Assembly: GCA_031284745.1 (NCBI GenBank)
Contig: JAITXJ010000033.1
Span: 1 to 21,992 of the forward strand
Reading direction: 5' to 3'
From: Acholeplasmatales bacterium
Lineage (GTDB): Bacteria; Bacillota_I; Bacilli_A; Acholeplasmatales; Acholeplasmataceae
DNA: 21,992 nucleotides
Of this stretch, positions 7,869 to 16,869 are shown piece by piece (positions within the stretch are counted from its first letter, which is position 1; each line of letters begins with the position of its first letter). The notes under the pieces were generated by a model, which saw only the letters and a program-made list of their open reading frames with translations, searched no databases and was not told where the DNA came from. The position numbers and the translations under genes were made by a program.

Positions 7869-9628
7869 TGAATAAAACATGGGATCTTTCGAAGTTGTAT
7901 GCGGACTTCGGAAGTGTTTTTCAGCATGATATTGAACTATTAAAAGAGTTAACCAAGAAATATAATGAAGCAGTTGGTAAAACTAGTCAAGATGTCGTTA
8001 GTTATTTAGAAAACGTTTTTCACGTCGCCGAAGAAATTGAGATCTTAACTTATAAATTATATTCATACCCTTCTTTAGTTCAAGCAACGGATGTGAATAA
8101 TCAACAATCAGCGAAGGCTCTGGCGGTTATAAGTGATATCTTAAATACAATGGTCGTCGCGGGGGTGCGTTTTTGTCGTTATGTGAAGAAGGTTAATGTG
8201 GCTGAGGTAGTCAAGCAATCATCATTTTTAAGCGAATATGAATTTAACCTGCAAACTATTAAGCAAGAAGCTCTGCACTTGTTGAGCGAAAAAGAAGAAG
8301 AGTTATATGCTAATTTAAAACCTCTTGCTTCGGGTTCTTGGTCGGACTTACAAAGTTTGGCGACGGCTAATTTAGAGATTGCTTATCGAGAACAAAAGCT
8401 GACTTTATCGGAAGTACGTAATTTAGCTTATGACCAAGATCCGTTAGTTCGCAAGGATGCTTACTACGCTGAGTTAGCGGCTTATAAAGGGGTCGAGAAT
8501 TTTGTAGCTTTGGGTCTTAGCAATATTAAAAGAGAAGTTAATATCATAACAAAATTAACGAAGTTTAAGTCACCCTTAGATCATTCGCTTTATGTTTGTC
8601 ATATGAGTAAAAAATCCTTGAATGCTTTATTAGGAGCTATTGAAGATAAAAAAGGAATTTTTGCTAAATACTTAAAGGAAAAGGCAAAGTTTTTAGGTTA
8701 TAAGGGTGGTTTACCTTTTTATGAGATGTTTGCACCAGTCGGAAAGGTGAGCAAAACCTATAGTTATGAAGAAGCCAGTGATTTAGTATGTCAAGCTTAT
8801 GCGAGTTTTTCTCCGAAGTTAGGGGCTTTTGGAAGAAAAGCTTTTGATAATAGTTGGATTGATGTTTTACCTCATCCTGGTAAAGTTGGTGGGGCTTTTT
8901 GTTCCAATATCCCCCCACTCAATGAGTCGCGAGTTTTAACTAATTTTACTGGTTCTTTATCGGATTGTTTAACTTTGGCCCATGAACTTGGTCATGCTTA
9001 TCATGGAGAGATCATTGCTCAAAATAAGCCATTAAATTGGGATTATCCGATGCAATTAGCGGAAACGGCCTCGATTTTTTGTGAAACCATTACCAATAAT
9101 TATCTTTTAAGTAAGATCGATTCCCCAGAAGAAAAATTACACATTCTCGAGAGTCAAATTCAAGACGCTACCCAAGTAATTGTGGATATTTTATCAAGAT
9201 ATAAATTTGAGCAAAGTGTCATCGCTTTAGGCAATGCTCCAGCAAGCGCGCAAGAACTGAAAGACTTAATGCTCAAAGCTCAAAAAGAATCTTACCTTGA
9301 TGGACTAGATCATGATTTATTACACCCTTATATGTGGTTATGTAAGGGCCACTATTATAGTGCGGGCTTTAATTTTTACAATTTTCCTTATGCTTTTGGC
9401 CTGCTTTATGCTCAAGGTCTTTATGCTAATTATTTGACCGGTAAAGAAGAGTTTGTCCAAAAGTATGATAAGATGCTTTATGCAACTACTCATAAAACCG
9501 CGGAAAATGTTGCTTTGGAAATGGGTGTCGATATTACAGATAAAAAGTTTTGGTTGTCCTCCTTAAAACAAATTGAAAATACGATCAATGAGGTCGTAAA
9601 ATTATTTCATGAATTGAGGAAAAAATGA
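7868..9628 (+). CDS. pepF: Oligoendopeptidase F family (M3B metallopeptidase).
   Basis: HELGHAYHGE HExxH zinc motif. N-terminal W-DLS-LY motif. 586 aa. Confidence 0.92.
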   Translation: MNKTWDLSKLYADFGSVFQHDIELLKELTKKYNEAVGKTSQDVVSYLENVFHVAEEIEILTYKLYSYPSLVQATDVNNQQSAKALAVISDILNTMVVAGVRFCRYVKKVNVAEVVKQSSFLSEYEFNLQTIKQEALHLLSEKEEELYANLKPLASGSWSDLQSLATANLEIAYREQKLTLSEVRNLAYDQDPLVRKDAYYAELAAYKGVENFVALGLSNIKREVNIITKLTKFKSPLDHSLYVCHMSKKSLNALLGAIEDKKGIFAKYLKEKAKFLGYKGGLPFYEMFAPVGKVSKTYSYEEASDLVCQAYASFSPKLGAFGRKAFDNSWIDVLPHPGKVGGAFCSNIPPLNESRVLTNFTGSLSDCLTLAHELGHAYHGEIIAQNKPLNWDYPMQLAETASIFCETITNNYLLSKIDSPEEKLHILESQIQDATQVIVDILSRYKFEQSVIALGNAPASAQELKDLMLKAQKESYLDGLDHDLLHPYMWLCKGHYYSAGFNFYNFPYAFGLLYAQGLYANYLTGKEEFVQKYDKMLYATTHKTAENVALEMGVDITDKKFWLSSLKQIENTINEVVKLFHELRKK

Positions 9629-9936
9629 AATACGCATCGGAAGTATACCATATTTTAGAACAATTACCTCCGACAAAAGTGACAACTTATGGCCTAATTG
9701 CCCAACAATTAGGCAATAAATCGCTAGCAAGATATGTAGGTAATGTCCTACATCATAATAGTGAGCCACTAAAGTATCCTTGTTTTAAAGTAGTTAATAG
9801 TAAAGGTTTTTTGTCTAAGTCTTTTGGTTTTGGTGGTTTAGAAGGCCAAAAAAAGCTACTTACTCAAGATGGGGTGTTGGTGGTAAATGACCGGGTTGAT
9901 TTAGCAATTTATCTTGTAAATGAGAAAAATAAATAA
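9625..9936 (+). CDS. MGMT-family (Ogt C-terminal / DNA-binding domain) small protein, ~103 aa, with the active-site-like Cys retained (YPCFKVV).
   Basis: PCFKVVNSKG resembles the PCHRV alkyl-acceptor motif of O6-alkylguanine-DNA alkyltransferases. The ATGA start overlaps the pepF stop. Confidence 0.75.
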   Translation: MKYASEVYHILEQLPPTKVTTYGLIAQQLGNKSLARYVGNVLHHNSEPLKYPCFKVVNSKGFLSKSFGFGGLEGQKKLLTQDGVLVVNDRVDLAIYLVNEKNK

Positions 9937-10133
9937 CTAAATTTTCTTGTAAGGCGGAATCCTTTTAATAATGCTGATAGAGCCCGCCTATGGGTTTGTC
10001 TCCTTAAAATAAATACTTAAAACGATAAAAATAAATTAGTCTCCTGCTTGAGATAGTTTTAGTTTTGTCTTAATTCATCAAATAATTTTAAACTATTTAA
10101 GTTTTATTATGCAGTAAATAAAATATTTTATTT

Positions 10134-10142
10134 TGGTATAAT
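10134..10142 (+). promoter_or_regulatory. Extended -10 promoter element TGgTATAAT for the first zinc-ribbon paralog, followed by a 7-bp-stem leader hairpin (10146-10172).
   Basis: TGnTATAAT match. SD AAGGAG at 10173-10178. ATG at 10184. Confidence 0.5.
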
Positions 10143-10183
10143 ATTATTGTTATCTGATATGTTGTTAACAATAAGGAGAATTT

Positions 10184-10564
10184 ATGGATCAAAAATATTG
10201 TTCTAATTGTGGAAGACCATTGGAAAATGGAAGTCAATTCTGTGCAGATTGCGGTTATCGAAACGGCGCAGAGGAAAGTTATACCCCAGCAAATTCCTTG
10301 AATGTTCTTAGTTTAATTGGTTTTATTTTATCTTTTTTACAGCCAATTGCGGGACTCATCATTTCGATTATTTCCCTTAAAAAGCCAATATTAAATTCGC
10401 GAGATAAAAATTTCTCGATTGCTGGATTGGTTATTTCCATTGTTGGCGTGGTAGGGATGATAGTTAGCTTTTTCTTTTTGAACTCGATAATAAATGCTAT
10501 TGTTCAATGGGTGGAAAATACTTACGATAATTTTTTATCATCATCGTCTTTTCGATTTTTTTAA
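10184..10564 (+). CDS. Zinc-ribbon (CxxCG...CxxCG) + DUF4190-like small membrane protein, paralog 1.
   Basis: N-terminal CSNCG...CADCG zinc ribbon. Hydrophobic helices with a GLIISIISLKKP-type motif typical of DUF4190. Confidence 0.75.
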   Translation: MDQKYCSNCGRPLENGSQFCADCGYRNGAEESYTPANSLNVLSLIGFILSFLQPIAGLIISIISLKKPILNSRDKNFSIAGLVISIVGVVGMIVSFFFLNSIINAIVQWVENTYDNFLSSSSFRFF

Positions 10565-10676
10565 AAAAAATGGCGAGTTCAGACATTAATTATTTTATTA
10601 AATCTTTTTTATTTGAATTAAATTATTTGATATAATTATTTTTGATAACTATTAACAAATAGTAGAGAGGAGTTTT

Positions 10677-11024
10677 ATGGCAACAAAATTTTGTCCAGCG
10701 TGTGGGAAACCCGTTAATGAAGAAAATATCATCTGTCCAAGTTGTGGACACAATCTTTCGGCGATTTCCAGTGTAGAAAGCGAAGTCGTCCATGATGATG
10801 GTCCGGCAATTACCGGTTTCGTTTTTTCGTTTATTTTTTCTTTGGTTGGTTTAATTCTTTCGGCGATTGCCTTAAAGAAACCTAATATTAGTCACCGAGG
10901 ACACGGCTTTGCTAAAGCGGGGCTAATTATTTCCATTGTTGGTCTCGTATCTGAAGTAATTGCTTCAATTATAATTATATCATTGGCGGGAACAATCGCT
11001 GCTTTCTTTGCGGGAGTCGAATAA
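10677..11024 (+). CDS. Zinc-ribbon + DUF4190-like small membrane protein, paralog 2.
   Basis: CPACG...CPSCG ribbon. GLILSAIALKKP motif. SD GAGAGGAG. Extended -10 TGaTATAAT at 10628-10636. Confidence 0.75.
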   Translation: MATKFCPACGKPVNEENIICPSCGHNLSAISSVESEVVHDDGPAITGFVFSFIFSLVGLILSAIALKKPNISHRGHGFAKAGLIISIVGLVSEVIASIIIISLAGTIAAFFAGVE

Positions 11025-11500
11025 ATAATATTTTAGTTATTCTTTTAAGTAGTTAAAGTAAGCTAAAGTAATTTACTCGTCAAAATCAATAATAAAGTCT
11101 TTAAGAACTTATAACATAATCCCTTTGGTGATTTTTTTCGTGGTAAGGAAACATTCGTTTATTTTGTTAAAAAAATAAACTTCTTACGTAATATTATTTG
11201 TATATAGTGATATAGATTACACACAAAAGAAAATTAAATCTACTTATAACAAACTATGAAAGATCGAAGAAATATTTATAATAACTAAAACTGCTCTTTT
11301 ATAGAGACTTAGCATATAATAACTCATTTTTATATGCTATTTAAATTTATTTATCATTAGATTATATTAATACAAACGAAAGTTACTTTTAGAAGTTACT
11401 TTAGGAAAGAAAGATGACTACTTCCGCATGAGGATTTAGTTTTTTGTGGTATAATTTTATCGATAACACTATGAATAATAGTTTAGTTAAGGAGATTAAA

Positions 11501-11836
11501 ATGGTCAACTATTGTCCCTGTTGTGGGAATAAAATTGAAGATAATGAGAGATTTTGCGCAAAATGTGGTTTTAGTGTTCAGACAATTCAGGAAGAATATT
11601 CTCCGGCTAATAATGGTTTAAGCATTGTCGGTTTTGTTCTTTCCTTTTTTATTTCGATTGCTGGGCTGATTATTAGTGCGATTGTTCTACATAAAACACC
11701 AATTAGTAAAAGAGATCATGCCTTTGGGAAAGCGGGACTAATAATTAGCATTATTAGTTTAGTTACGATAATTTTATCAATTATTTTTTGGATTATATTT
11801 TATTTTCTTATTTTAAATTTTGCAATTATGTATTAA
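11501..11836 (+). CDS. Zinc-ribbon + DUF4190-like small membrane protein, paralog 3. The true start is probably MVNYCPCCG; the ORF-track frame extends to 11444.
   Basis: AAGGAG SD 8 nt before ATG 11501. Extended -10 TGgTATAAT at 11447-11455 lies inside the longer ORF-track frame. Paralogs 1 and 2 start just before the first Cys pair in the same way. Confidence 0.7.
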   Translation: MVNYCPCCGNKIEDNERFCAKCGFSVQTIQEEYSPANNGLSIVGFVLSFFISIAGLIISAIVLHKTPISKRDHAFGKAGLIISIISLVTIILSIIFWIIFYFLILNFAIMY

Positions 11837-11852
11837 AACTTTTAGTTAAATA

Positions 11853-11886
11853 AAAGAACCAAGTTGATCAACTTGGTTCTTTTTAT
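11853..11886. terminator. Bidirectional intrinsic terminator: a perfect 30-bp palindrome flanked by T/A runs, between convergent genes.
   Basis: AAAGAACCAAGTTGA|TCAACTTGGTTCTTT followed by TTTT. The reverse complement is also followed by a T-rich tract. Confidence 0.7.
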
Positions 11887-11891
11887 ATTAA

Positions 11892-13289
11892 TTATTTACC
11901 TTCTTTTTTAGGTTCATCTTCTTTAACTAAATATTCAGGAAGTTTTAACCCAGCGCTTTTATATAAATCTTGAAGTGGAGGAATGGATTTTAATAATGAA
12001 GAAGCAAAATTGCTAGTACTAGAACCATCCTTACTACCATTACCAGAATCCCAAACCGTAATTTTGTCAAACTTTAAATTCTTAATAGCATCAACTTGGA
12101 TAGTGACTAATTTTTCCAGTTTGTCGGTAATTAGCATTTGAATAGCTTCAGCCGATCCCCCAGCCGATTCTACTAGTTTCGCAAACCCCAGTGCTTGTTT
12201 GGAAAGAATTTCATAAGTACCTCGGGCCTGAGCATCATATTTGGAGTATTGAGCATCCGCTTGACCTTTAGCTTCGCGTCTGATTTGTTCGGCTAAGGCT
12301 TCCGCATCAATGATTCGTTTTTCTTTTTCGATATTAGCATTAACGATGACATCAGCTTCGAGGGTAGCTTTTTCTTTATCGCTACGAGCCTTTTCGGCTA
12401 ACTCTTGAGCACGGTAGGCTTCTTCTTTAGCCTTCGCTTCGGAAATTAATTCGGCGGCTTTAGCTTTTCTTTCGGCTTCGGCTTGTACTTCACGACGGAT
12501 AGAACTAGATTGAGCTATTTTTCCTAAAGATTCATTTTCACCTTCAATGGCTTTTGAATTAGCCACAGCTACTTCAATTCTTTGATCTCTTAAAGCGTTA
12601 GCTTCACCAATGGAACCATCACGATTTTTTTCCGCGACGTTTTTCTTTGCTTCGTTAATTACTTTAGCAGCGGCTTCTTTACCAAGCGCCTCGATATAAC
12701 CATCAGCATCTTTAATGTCGGTGACGTTAACGTTGATTAAACGCAGACCAATCTTTTTAAGTTCGATTTCCACATTTTTGGAAACTGATTCTAAGAATTT
12801 ATCCCGATCGGCGTTGATTTCTTCAATCTCCATGGTCGCGATGATTAATCTTAATTGACCTAAGATGACATCCTTGGCTAATTCTTCAATGGCGGTATCA
12901 TTTAAACCTAATAATCTTTCAGCCGCATTTTGCATTACCCCATTTTCGGTGGAAATAGCTACGATAAAGTTGGAAGGAACATCAATACGAATGTTTTGTT
13001 TGGAAAGAGCACTTCGTAAATCAACTTTAATGGAAATCGGCTTTAAACTAAGAAAAGTATATTGTTGAACGAAGGGCACAATAAATTTGGTACCTCCATG
13101 CAAACAAAGAGCACTTCTTGTTGAACCATCTTTGTTATTTTTAATTTTACCAGATACCACCATAATTTTATCACTAGGACATTTTTTAATTCGACTAATG
13201 ATGATAAAAAAGGCACTAAAAAAAACTACCACGAATAGAATACTAAGTCCTACCCAACCAATTGTACTAATTGCTGCAAATGTTAACAT
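11892..13289 (-). CDS. floT: Flotillin-like SPFH/band-7 protein (FloT/YuaG-like).
   Basis: N-terminal TM segment, SPFH domain, C-terminal Glu/Ala-rich coiled-coil repeats (AEAERKAKAAELISEAKAKEE). SD AAGGAG. 12-nt gap after nfeD. Confidence 0.88.
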   Translation of the reverse strand: MLTFAAISTIGWVGLSILFVVVFFSAFFIIISRIKKCPSDKIMVVSGKIKNNKDGSTRSALCLHGGTKFIVPFVQQYTFLSLKPISIKVDLRSALSKQNIRIDVPSNFIVAISTENGVMQNAAERLLGLNDTAIEELAKDVILGQLRLIIATMEIEEINADRDKFLESVSKNVEIELKKIGLRLINVNVTDIKDADGYIEALGKEAAAKVINEAKKNVAEKNRDGSIGEANALRDQRIEVAVANSKAIEGENESLGKIAQSSSIRREVQAEAERKAKAAELISEAKAKEEAYRAQELAEKARSDKEKATLEADVIVNANIEKEKRIIDAEALAEQIRREAKGQADAQYSKYDAQARGTYEILSKQALGFAKLVESAGGSAEAIQMLITDKLEKLVTIQVDAIKNLKFDKITVWDSGNGSKDGSSTSNFASSLLKSIPPLQDLYKSAGLKLPEYLVKEDEPKKEGK

Positions 13290-13301
13290 ATTTTTTTCTC
13301 C

Positions 13302-13910
13302 TTATACTTTTTCGACAACGAGGATGTTGTCTTCTTTTAAACTAACTATTTTTACAAATGTTCCCGGTAATAAGTCTTCGGTTTCATTACTTACGGCGTC
13401 AACCTCAAGATACCTATCATTAAACTGCACTATTATTTTACCAGTTTGTCCATTATTTGGAATTTTAATGTATACTGAGGCTTGTTTTCCAATCGAATAA
13501 CGATAATCTAAGTTACCATTTTGTTCTAATTTATATATTTGCTTATAGAGTAAGGCTACTAAAACGGCAGAGATTGCTCCCGCACTAATACCAATGAGTA
13601 AGGATGCCCACCAAGGAAGTGCTTCATTTAAAGCAAAACTTGCCCAACCCATCACCCCCAGAAAGACTAAAGCCCCTCGTAAAGTAAATAAGCGAAAACC
13701 GGAAATAAAGGATAATGGCTCGTCATTGGAGACATCCACGGAATTTACGGCTCCGCTTGAGTCAAAATCACTGGCATCAACATCGTCAAAATCGGCATGA
13801 CTTCCGAGACTAACGATCGATAAAATCAAAAATATTAATAATATTCCACTGGTTGTTGTTGCAACGATGAACATTGCTTGTTGAAATCCACTTAAAGTTT
13901 CCCACCACAT
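13302..13910 (-). CDS. NfeD-like membrane protein (YuaF-like), partner of flotillin.
   Basis: N-terminal TM helices plus a C-terminal beta-rich OB-like domain. Sits upstream of floT as in the B. subtilis yuaF-floT operon. A strong SD, AAGGAGGA, precedes the internal ATG at 13910 (MWWETLSG...). The ORF-track frame extends to 13946. Confidence 0.78.
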   Translation of the reverse strand: MWWETLSGFQQAMFIVATTTSGILLIFLILSIVSLGSHADFDDVDASDFDSSGAVNSVDVSNDEPLSFISGFRLFTLRGALVFLGVMGWASFALNEALPWWASLLIGISAGAISAVLVALLYKQIYKLEQNGNLDYRYSIGKQASVYIKIPNNGQTGKIIVQFNDRYLEVDAVSNETEDLLPGTFVKIVSLKEDNILVVEKV

Positions 13911-14192
13911 ATGAAATCCTCCTTGTCCACAATAATATTCTATCATATAAAGAAGGTGATCATTACCAGATTATCGAATAAGAATTCTTCTTTAATAAAT
14001 GTAGTATATGTAGTATACTAATTCTTATGAAAGATATTTTTCTTATTATGGCGAAGTATGGTATGATATTAGTCCAATTAGATAAGATGGGCCTAGGTAA
14101 CGAAATAATCTTGCGGCTGTTTTGCTTAATTTAGCGATAGGCAATATATACATATAATCGAGGGCTTCAAAGTTGTGTAGTATAATAATATT

Positions 14193-15689
14193 GTGTTTAT
14201 TAAATTAGTAAAAATCCCGAAAAAAAATACTCATTATGTCCAAGTAGTGGAAAGCTACCGTGATGAAAATCAAATACCTCGTCACCGAGTTTTATATTCT
14301 TATGGAATTTTAGAAGAAATTCAAAAAGAACGTCCTAATTTTTTAGAAGAATTAAAAGAGAATTTAAAAACTGATTTTATTGATTTTAAGTTAGATCTCT
14401 TAAAAGAACATACCAATACCATGGAAAATTATGGTTATATCATCATCGATAAGCTGTTGAGAGAACTAAGTTTGGATAAAATTATTACTCATTATTGTAA
14501 AGATAATGACGCAGCTTATCAATCTTTGTTGCAGGTTTTAATCTTTCGAATATTACAAACAAATTTAAAAAATCCCTTAGATAAGTTATTTAATTTTAAT
14601 ATCAAAAATCCTTCGATAATCAAAGAGGACTTGCAAAAGATTATGTCTTATCAAGAAGAAATTATCAAGGATCTCTATCAAATTAATAAAAGTCATATCG
14701 ATCGAAGTGATGTGATGTGTAATGTTGTGGATTTTTATTTAGAAAAGGATACTAATTTAACAACTCCCGAAATTGAGCACCATGTTACTTTAACCCTTTT
14801 TAGTGATATTTTAAAGCAACCGCTTTATTATAGTATCAAAGCTCATTTAGAAATGCGAGACAATACCGATTATAAAGAGGTAATTGAGATAGCGAGAACC
14901 ACATTAAATTTGGATGATATTACTTTAGTTGCAAAAAAAGAGGGCGTGAATTCCCCCTTAATCGAAGTAAAATTTGCCCAAAATAATTATTATATTATGG
15001 GCTCTTTAATCAAAAACGCTGAGCATCCATACTCGAGTATCGCCAATGACAAAGCTTCCTTTAAAAGTTTACCAAGCAAGGGAATTAGTTATAAATTAGT
15101 CACCCTACTAAGAGATGTCTTTGTGGAGACTAAATCCGGGAAAATCTTTAAAAAAACGCTAAATGAAAAGGTTTTATTACTATTTTTTACTGATGAAGGC
15201 TATGAATTGAATAAGGCCCTGAGTTTTTTATTAGAAGAAAATTTAAATATTGATTTAGAAAATTATTTATTTATCAGTGCGAAAAATGAAGTCCACAAAG
15301 GATTAACTTTTTATAGTATTTCCACCAATGATTTAGATCTTTCTTTTTATGATATTATTAATAAGTATCTTTATTTGCAACAAGTTAAACACGATTTTTC
15401 TGAACACTTTGATGAAGAGATAAATTCCGTGGCGCTTAATTTCTTTCTGAATTATTTAGTAAATATGTTTAACACGACGATTGTACGCCTGAGCGATTAT
15501 AAATACTCCCTAAAAAATATCTATGAGTCTTTAAAACTGGCTAAGTTAATTAAAATCCGATCTGATTTGGTGATGATCACTTATTTAGATCCGCTTTTAA
15601 AAATCCTCCTATCAAAATGGGAAATAGAATTAACTAAACAATATTATCGAAGCGAAAAACTTCGTCGCATTTTTAAATCAATAAGCTAA
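14193..15689 (+). CDS. IS1634/IS4-family transposase-like protein (498 aa), possibly an orphan or domesticated copy.
   Basis: N-terminus KKNTHYVQVVESYRDENQIPRHRVLYSYGILEEIQKE matches the characteristic IS1634-family N-terminal motif, as recalled from memory. Candidate DDE residues are LDDITLVAKK (first D), LLFFTDEGYE...YLFISAKN (second D, DRGY-like region) and YSLKNIYESLKLAK (degenerate Y-2-R-3-E-6-K). GTG start with no SD, placed 7 nt after a TATAAT at 14181-14186. Confidence 0.5.
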   Translation: MFIKLVKIPKKNTHYVQVVESYRDENQIPRHRVLYSYGILEEIQKERPNFLEELKENLKTDFIDFKLDLLKEHTNTMENYGYIIIDKLLRELSLDKIITHYCKDNDAAYQSLLQVLIFRILQTNLKNPLDKLFNFNIKNPSIIKEDLQKIMSYQEEIIKDLYQINKSHIDRSDVMCNVVDFYLEKDTNLTTPEIEHHVTLTLFSDILKQPLYYSIKAHLEMRDNTDYKEVIEIARTTLNLDDITLVAKKEGVNSPLIEVKFAQNNYYIMGSLIKNAEHPYSSIANDKASFKSLPSKGISYKLVTLLRDVFVETKSGKIFKKTLNEKVLLLFFTDEGYELNKALSFLLEENLNIDLENYLFISAKNEVHKGLTFYSISTNDLDLSFYDIINKYLYLQQVKHDFSEHFDEEINSVALNFFLNYLVNMFNTTIVRLSDYKYSLKNIYESLKLAKLIKIRSDLVMITYLDPLLKILLSKWEIELTKQYYRSEKLRRIFKSIS

Positions 15690-16862
15690 ATTAAGGATTT
15701 TTAAGATATCCTCTTCATTTAAGATTTTTAAGCCTCCCAGCGTTCGAGTTTTAAGACCAAACTCCGTGGTGGCCGCTTTAGCCAGTTGTCCAAAACTACT
15801 TGGAGGAATGTTAACTTCTCTTAACCTAGTTTTGAGGCCAAGTTTTTTACTAAAATTTTCGAGTTTTAAAATGGCTCGGAGAATTAATTGGTCCTCACTT
15901 TCGTTTTTATGAGCTTTCAAACCCATGATTTTAGTTGCAAAGTTGATAAATATTTTTTTATTTGTGGGATAAACATATTTCATCCAGGCCGGAGTGATAA
16001 TGCTAAGACCCAGCCCATGGGCAATATCAAACATCGCACTTAATTCGTGTTCAATTTGGTGACTAGCCCAATCAGTTACTCTTCCTGCTCCCAGCAGGCC
16101 ATTATGAGCTAAAGTGCTCCCTAAAGCTATTTCACTCCAAGCCGCATAATTAGTATAGTCTTTATTGACAATTAAGGCATTGCGCATGATGCTTCGCAAA
16201 ACTGCTTCACTAATGCCATCGATCACATCGTTATTTGTTGTATTACTGAAGTAACGTTCAAAAATATGGCTCATCATATCAAAGACTCCCGCTGAAAAAT
16301 CAGCTTTTGGTAAGGTATAAAAGAATTCCGGATTAATAATACTAATATATGGGCGAATAGCATCATTTTGATAACCGATTTTTTGTTTCGTTGCGGGGTT
16401 GGTAATAACCGAGGAACTCGAATTCTCACTGCCAGCGGCTGGAATGGTGAGGATAGCGCTGACCTTTAAGCAGGCTCGTGGGGTATGGCGCTGAATATAA
16501 TAATAGTCCCAAACATCATCAGTGATTTTAGCTCCTAAAGCAATGGCCTTAGCACTATCGAGGACCGAACCGCCACCGATTGCTAAAATATGATCAACCT
16601 TCGCCTCCACACAGATTTTAATGCCCTGGTAGACTAAATCAATTCTTGGGTTTGGTACCACTCCTCCGAGGGTTAAATATTTGATTCCCGCCTTGGTTAA
16701 AGCGTCCGTTACCGCCAGTAATAAGCCACTATGAACAATTCTGGGACTGCCATAGTGAATTAAAACGATTTGGGAAACATCTTTTAAAAGATCCCCAATT
16801 TGTAAGTGTGAGTTAGCTCCGAAAACTATTTTTGTGGGTGTATATAAACTAAAGTTGTTCAT
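15678..16862 (-). CDS. Iron-containing (Fe-ADH family) alcohol dehydrogenase.
   Basis: GGGSVLDSAKAIA glycine-rich NAD-binding motif. 394 aa. His-rich metal-binding region (HQIEHELSAMFDIAHG). Confidence 0.9.
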   Translation of the reverse strand: MNNFSLYTPTKIVFGANSHLQIGDLLKDVSQIVLIHYGSPRIVHSGLLLAVTDALTKAGIKYLTLGGVVPNPRIDLVYQGIKICVEAKVDHILAIGGGSVLDSAKAIALGAKITDDVWDYYYIQRHTPRACLKVSAILTIPAAGSENSSSSVITNPATKQKIGYQNDAIRPYISIINPEFFYTLPKADFSAGVFDMMSHIFERYFSNTTNNDVIDGISEAVLRSIMRNALIVNKDYTNYAAWSEIALGSTLAHNGLLGAGRVTDWASHQIEHELSAMFDIAHGLGLSIITPAWMKYVYPTNKKIFINFATKIMGLKAHKNESEDQLILRAILKLENFSKKLGLKTRLREVNIPPSSFGQLAKAATTEFGLKTRTLGGLKILNEEDILKILNLAY

Positions 16863-16869
16863 CGTCGAC

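Noticed and set aside
8664-8918. 84-aa minus-strand ORF.
   Set aside because: Antisense within pepF. No RBS.
5895-9960. The shared 9-mer TAAGGCGGA appears ~40 nt downstream of two unrelated stop codons (~5901 and ~9950).
   Set aside because: Only two occurrences. The flanks do not form a common structure (one is a loose hairpin with a 27-nt loop). Most likely coincidence.
12865-13800. Plus-strand ORFs 12865-13068, 13087-13500 and 13594-13800.
   Set aside because: Antisense to the well-supported floT and nfeD genes.
14040-15800. Terminal inverted repeats or target-site duplications that would define a complete IS around the transposase-like gene.
   Set aside because: Comparing the left-flank sequence with the reverse complement of the right flank gave no convincing match. 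The 3' end of the ORF lies inside the adh coding sequence, so a complete element is unlikely.
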